A stretch of DNA of 64,000 nucleotides from a virus: the IMG/VR virus record IMGVR_UViG_3300024513_000016, positions 48,243-112,242 of that record, one strand, 5' to 3'. The notes beneath the pieces are model-generated. The model searched no databases, had not been told where the DNA came from, and saw only the letters and a program-made list of their open reading frames with translations. Position numbers and translations under genes: made by a program. The stretch's first letter is position 1. Each line of letters opens with the position of its first letter. Positions 59,543 to 64,000 of the stretch are shown one piece after another.

Positions 59543-62500
59543 TTATGCCTGTGCCTCAGTCCAAGATAGTCTTCCAACAACCGTTGCGGCAGTGGTTGTA
59601 CTTAAATTAGTTACCACAATTGTAAGAGTATCTGGACCATCTGGATAAATTTGTTGGTTAGAATTAGTTCCACCGCCACCAAGAACACAGTTACCCAAAT
59701 CACGAACAGTACTCAAATCAATTGAAGTAGTCGTGTTAACAAAGAAACCACCAGTAGTTTCTCCACCAGATACAGTAGTTGAACCACCCGCATAGTTTGC
59801 GATTTGTGCCAAACTAGAGTTTTGAAGACCAGCAGTGTTATTAACAACATTAGTCCAAGCAGTTGTTGATGATGGAGTTCCATTCAACACAGCAGTTACA
59901 AGAATGTTTGAGTTTGCTGATGTAAGAGAAATATCAAGTGCTCTCAAAATTAACTGCATTCTATTAATCAGTTCTCTTGAACCAAGTGCAGCAGCAATAC
60001 CCTGATCTACCGAAGGTGCAACACGAATTGAGAATAGTGCTCTTGATGAAGAAGCAGGAACAGATGTTACTGTTGTTTGTCCATAAGTAAACACCAGCGA
60101 TTTATCATCATCATATCTACCATCCATTATAAAACTTGTACCCCAGTGAGAGATAGTCGGAGCAAAGGATGGATATGCATATTCAACTGTTACTGGTGCA
60201 GTTGCAGAGTATGTAAATGATTGTCCAGATGATGCACCCATAGGTGAAATGGACACCGTTGGGTTTGCAGTTGAAGCAGCATTGGACATTGTAAAGGTTC
60301 CAGATCCAATTGAAGTAATCCAAGTATTATCTGGAATTGCAGTTGCTGCTACTCTCTGACCAACCTGTAAGTTAGTTGTGGATGCTGTGGCAACATTAGA
60401 TCCAGCAGAAATAGTCAGTGCAAGAGATGAGTTTCCTGATTGTGCTCTTGTTACACCAGTTAATGAATTAGTTGTAATACCAGTATAATTGACATACTCA
60501 TACTTTGTGGAATCTCTAATTAAAGCGGTTCCTGATGTTGCAAATCCTGCCGTGCTTGCAATACCAACAGTTGTATCAGAGGCACCAACACTTCCAGTAA
60601 TAATAGTTGTTGGTGGAGCAGCAATTGACTCATATCTTGCTGGCAAGTTACCAGACCTCATATATGCTTCTGTATTAGCATTATTATTTGCTAACTTATG
60701 GCAATAAATTACATCACCCGTAGGTCCACGGAATCCCCAACGAACAAATCCAGCACCATACCAAGAATAGTCAATGTAGAACATTTGCATTCTAGTTAAG
60801 TCAATATTATAACCAGAAGGTCCAGTTCCATCACACTTATCAATATTCCACTGTGATTGTGGAATTTTTACATCTACTGTCTTAGATACAGTTGCATTTG
60901 TAATGTTAGAAGGTCCTCTGTAAGAAGGACTAATTGTAAGAGAAGTATCACTTGCAATATCAAGAACACGGTAAGACATTCCACGAATGACAATATAATC
61001 GCCGGGTCTCAATTGTTTAGAAAATGCAGTTGGGAATGCTGATGCTGTTTGAGTAACTGTGCTTCCACTAGCACTTACACTAACTCTACCTGAAATTTGA
61101 TATGTAGAATTTCTACGAACTGCATAAAGTTGTTGACCATCAAATTCAAAGAACAATCCATTCTGTTGGTCAAATGCACCAAGTCTGTTGGAGAATCCAT
61201 TCCACGCATTTACATTAAGATAATATTGTCCAGTTGCTGCGGTGCTAGGTAATGTGGATGTACAAAGATAAGTAAATGTATTAAATCCAGTAACTGCTGC
61301 TACCGTGAAAGTTCCATTATATCCAGTACCATCAGCACCTGATACTGTAATTGAAACACCAGGAACAACACCAGACATATTAAGTGATTCTTTGGTCTGG
61401 ACAGTGACTGTACTACCCGCTGCTGTTCCAGAAGCAGTTAATGAGTCAATTTGATAAGTTGGTTTTAAGATTGTTCCAGAACTAATCTGAACACCTTTAC
61501 CAGACTGATAACGGAAATATCTTCTTGTTTGACGAATTGCTTGTATATTATTAGAATCTGAGTTAGCACTAAAAATTACACCACCATCAAATGGTCTATG
61601 TAAATATTGCGATTGAGGTCTTACATAAACCGCAGCAGATCCAAATGAAAGACCAGAGGGAACACCAGCAGCAAATGAATAATAAACAAATACTGTTGGA
61701 CTTGTTACGGCAGCAACAAAAAAGTTTCCATTTGGTGGGTTTGTTCCAGTAATACCAGTTACAGCAATTTCATTACCAATAGAAAGACCGTGAGGAACTG
61801 TTGTTGTTACAGTAACAGCATTTCCTGATGTGGTGATACTTGAAGGTGCTGCACCAATTTGAGCGCCAGAATATAAAGATCCTGCAAAAATTTGAGTTTT
61901 GTTTGAATCAAATAATGCAGTAACAGCAGTTGTATTGATTGCTTTTGCAGTATAAGTAATAGTTCCTGATCCACCACCACTTTCAATCACGAAGATACCA
62001 TTCGCAAAAGGAAGTAATGCATCCTGAACGAAAATTGAAGTTCCGTTTGCGGCAAAAGATCCAGAAGATAAAACAACAGTAACAGTTCTAGAACCATTAT
62101 TCATTGTAATGGAACTGATATTCGCTACTGGTGCTTGTGCCTGGAACGCAAATGGACGATTGTTTATCATTGACAAACTTTCCCATTTTGTGGTTTGAGT
62201 TCCGTACTCAAAGTCAGTATCAATCAGTGCTTGTGGTTGAGAAATTCTGAATTTATTAACAGGGTCAGTATATGTTTCTGCTGGTCTAAACGACTCATCA
62301 TATTCATCAATTGTAAATTGAAGTTTATCAGTACTGCTCATAGAAGCAGTATTATAATTCAATACAATTGTAGTGGTATTAGCGTTCGCAGTTCCCGAAG
62401 TAGTATATGAAGTCGCTTTTAAGTTAGGGTCTGAAAAATTATAGATAACCTGATTCGTCGTCACATTCGTGATCAATACCATTCTCTCTCTTGGTATTAC

Positions 62501-62572
62501 ACGAGGAATAACAATAGTTTTTGTTGAGGGTGTAAAGGTATAACCAGTCTCAAGTAATACTTTTCTTGCCAT
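59543..62572 (-). CDS. Large tail fibre / virion structural protein
   Basis: ALIDTDFEYG, RQTRRYFRYQSGKG, YSWYGAG.VR.G, MRSGNLPARYE motifs; T/S/G-rich. Confidence 0.75.
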   Translation of the reverse strand: MARKVLLETGYTFTPSTKTIVIPRVIPRERMVLITNVTTNQVIYNFSDPNLKATSYTTSGTANANTTTIVLNYNTASMSSTDKLQFTIDEYDESFRPAETYTDPVNKFRISQPQALIDTDFEYGTQTTKWESLSMINNRPFAFQAQAPVANISSITMNNGSRTVTVVLSSGSFAANGTSIFVQDALLPFANGIFVIESGGGSGTITYTAKAINTTAVTALFDSNKTQIFAGSLYSGAQIGAAPSSITTSGNAVTVTTTVPHGLSIGNEIAVTGITGTNPPNGNFFVAAVTSPTVFVYYSFAAGVPSGLSFGSAAVYVRPQSQYLHRPFDGGVIFSANSDSNNIQAIRQTRRYFRYQSGKGVQISSGTILKPTYQIDSLTASGTAAGSTVTVQTKESLNMSGVVPGVSITVSGADGTGYNGTFTVAAVTGFNTFTYLCTSTLPSTAATGQYYLNVNAWNGFSNRLGAFDQQNGLFFEFDGQQLYAVRRNSTYQISGRVSVSASGSTVTQTASAFPTAFSKQLRPGDYIVIRGMSYRVLDIASDTSLTISPSYRGPSNITNATVSKTVDVKIPQSQWNIDKCDGTGPSGYNIDLTRMQMFYIDYSWYGAGFVRWGFRGPTGDVIYCHKLANNNANTEAYMRSGNLPARYESIAAPPTTIITGSVGASDTTVGIASTAGFATSGTALIRDSTKYEYVNYTGITTNSLTGVTRAQSGNSSLALTISAGSNVATASTTNLQVGQRVAATAIPDNTWITSIGSGTFTMSNAASTANPTVSISPMGASSGQSFTYSATAPVTVEYAYPSFAPTISHWGTSFIMDGRYDDDKSLVFTYGQTTVTSVPASSSRALFSIRVAPSVDQGIAAALGSRELINRMQLILRALDISLTSANSNILVTAVLNGTPSSTTAWTNVVNNTAGLQNSSLAQIANYAGGSTTVSGGETTGGFFVNTTTSIDLSTVRDLGNCVLGGGGTNSNQQIYPDGPDTLTIVVTNLSTTTAATVVGRLSWTEAQA

Positions 62573-62615
62573 TGAAAAAAATCCTCTACTTATGTTTGGA
62601 TGCTTTGCTTTAAGT

Positions 62616-62623
62616 TATTTATA
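62616..62623 (-). promoter_or_regulatory. T4-type late promoter
   Basis: TATAAATA on minus strand 44 nt upstream of the 59543-62572 start. Confidence 0.7.
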
Positions 62624-62625
62624 AT

Positions 62626-63999
62626 TTAGAAAAGAATATCCAAAGCATTAAATGGATATCTTCTTGTCGTTGATTTAGTTGTTCCAGCAGTTGTTTTAAT
62701 CATAACTTCACTACCTTCTGGCAGTGCTTCTGTAAATTTAATATTGCCATCATAATCAATTGTATATCCAGATCTTGATGTCAGAAGTGAATTATTAAAA
62801 ACATATTCAGTATTATGAATATATGCAGATTGCATAATCCCATCAACACTAATCAGCAATCTAAATGGATTAGAAACTGCAACAGTTTCATAATTAAATG
62901 TTGGAGTGTATGTATTTTCTCCACCAGCAGGACTAATCTGGTCTAATTCATAAAGATCACCAACAGGAATACCAGTTAACTGAGAACCATCACCCTTGAA
63001 TGATGTTGCAACAACATCATCAAGATTATTCAGGCGATCCATAATGATCGTTGTTCCAGATCCTACTGTAATTGTAGATCCAGTTGCAACATTAATATTC
63101 TTATGAATTGTATATAATGTTGTATTTGCTGGTAGTGTTACACTTGAACTTATGTTTTGATCATCTCCAAAAAATCCAAGTGTTGAAAGTCCACCAACAT
63201 TTGAATTGTTTAATACAGATAAATTATAAGTTACAAGCGTAGATCCATCAAAAGTTAAATTACTTGATCCAGTTGGATTATTAGAACCGTCTTTATAAAC
63301 GACTTGATTTGCAGAACCTGCAACTGGTCCTGTTATTCCTTGAGTACCTTGAGATCCTTCAGTACCTTGTGCTCCAGTAGTACCCTGAGATCCTGTGGTT
63401 CCTTGAGTACCTTGAGATCCTTCAGTACCTTGTGCTCCAGTAGTACCCTGAGATCCTGTGGTTCCTTGAGTACCTGTAGATCCTTGAGTTCCGGTAGTGC
63501 CCTGAGATCCTGTGGTTCCTTGAGAACCTGTAGCACCTTGAGTTCCAGTAGTGCCCTGAGATCCTGTAGTTCCTTGAGTTCCGGTAGTGCCCTGAGTTCC
63601 AGTAGTACCCTGAGATCCTGTGGTTCCTTGAGAACCTGTAGCACCTTGAGTTCCAGTAGTACCCTGAGATCCTGTAGTGCCCTGAGATCCTGTGGTTCCT
63701 TGAGATCCTGTGGTTCCTTGAGTTCCGGTAGTGCCTTGAGATCCTGTAGTACCCTGAGATCCAGTGGATCCTTGAGATCCAGTGGATCCTTGAGATCCTT
63801 CAGTACCTTGTGCTCCAGTAGTACCCTGAGATCCTGTAGTACCTTGTGCTCCAGTAGTACCCTGAGATCCTGTAGTACCTTGTGCTCCAGTAGTACCCTG
63901 AGATCCTGTAGTACCTTGTGCTCCAGTAGTACCCTGAGATCCTGTAGTACCTTGTGCTCCAGTAGTACCCTGAGATCCTGTAGTACCTTGTGCTCCAGT
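62626..63999 (-). CDS. Collagen-like fibre protein, 3' part (start beyond window)
   Basis: Frame stays open upstream of the tracked 138-aa ORF: (G-S/A/T-Q-G-T/S-T/E)n then [14 protein letters not shown]... Confidence 0.85.
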   Translation of the reverse strand, partial: TGAQGTTGSQGTTGAQGTTGSQGTTGAQGTTGSQGTTGAQGTTGSQGTTGAQGTTGSQGTTGAQGTEGSQGSTGSQGSTGSQGTTGSQGTTGTQGTTGSQGTTGSQGTTGSQGTTGTQGATGSQGTTGSQGTTGTQGTTGTQGTTGSQGTTGTQGATGSQGTTGSQGTTGTQGSTGTQGTTGSQGTTGAQGTEGSQGTQGTTGSQGTTGAQGTEGSQGTQGITGPVAGSANQVVYKDGSNNPTGSSNLTFDGSTLVTYNLSVLNNSNVGGLSTLGFFGDDQNISSSVTLPANTTLYTIHKNINVATGSTITVGSGTTIIMDRLNNLDDVVATSFKGDGSQLTGIPVGDLYELDQISPAGGENTYTPTFNYETVAVSNPFRLLISVDGIMQSAYIHNTEYVFNNSLLTSRSGYTIDYDGNIKFTEALPEGSEVMIKTTAGTTKSTTRRYPFNALDILF

Positions 64000-64000
64000 A
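63337..64000 (-). repeat. 18-bp unit collagen-coding tandem array with 36- and 54-bp higher-order repeats
   Basis: gtaccctgagatcctgta / gtaccttgtgctccagta units; perfect 36-bp copies at window end. Confidence 0.92.

Noticed and set aside
63333-63644. 103-aa LKEPQDLR-repeat ORF
   Set aside because: Shifted frame of the collagen array; the G-X-Y frame is continuous with 62626-63042
1-64000. tRNA genes, inteins, zwf, psbA, hli
   Set aside because: No cloverleaf/T-loop signatures, intein motifs or matching ORFs recognised by eye; they may lie outside the window

Overview
An AT-rich 64-kb segment of a T4-like cyanomyovirus, probably infecting freshwater Synechococcus/Cyanobium; nearly all genes are on the minus strand. 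0-24 kb: tail-fibre and baseplate module (S74-chaperone fibre, gp5 and two small partner genes, cp12, gp27-like hub, M23 and lysozyme virion proteins, gp51, gp26, gp54, then divergent GIY-YIG endonuclease, gp4, gp2, gp48 and a split gp53). 24-29 kb: gp32, gp59, gp33, exonuclease, phoH, thyX. 29.4-30 kb: tandem glnA-type glutamine-riboswitch-like aptamers ahead of a DUF4278 peptide; the first aptamer has a complete 68-codon ORF inside its P2 loop. 31-38 kb: glutaredoxin, HNH, gnd, talC and psbD, with psbD flanked by two homing endonucleases. 38-56 kb: a dense micro-ORF region made of two roughly collinear paralogous 8-10 kb blocks, with shared gene-junction microhomologies and nine 57-58 nt palindrome/hairpin/-10 promoter cassettes. 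56-64 kb: a TPR-FkbM-2OG oxygenase fusion, a glycosidase-like gene and tail-fibre genes, ending in a truncated Thr/Gln collagen-like gene. No tRNA, rRNA, CRISPR array, integrase or reverse transcriptase was recognised. All family assignments are by eye from motifs and synteny; no database search was run.
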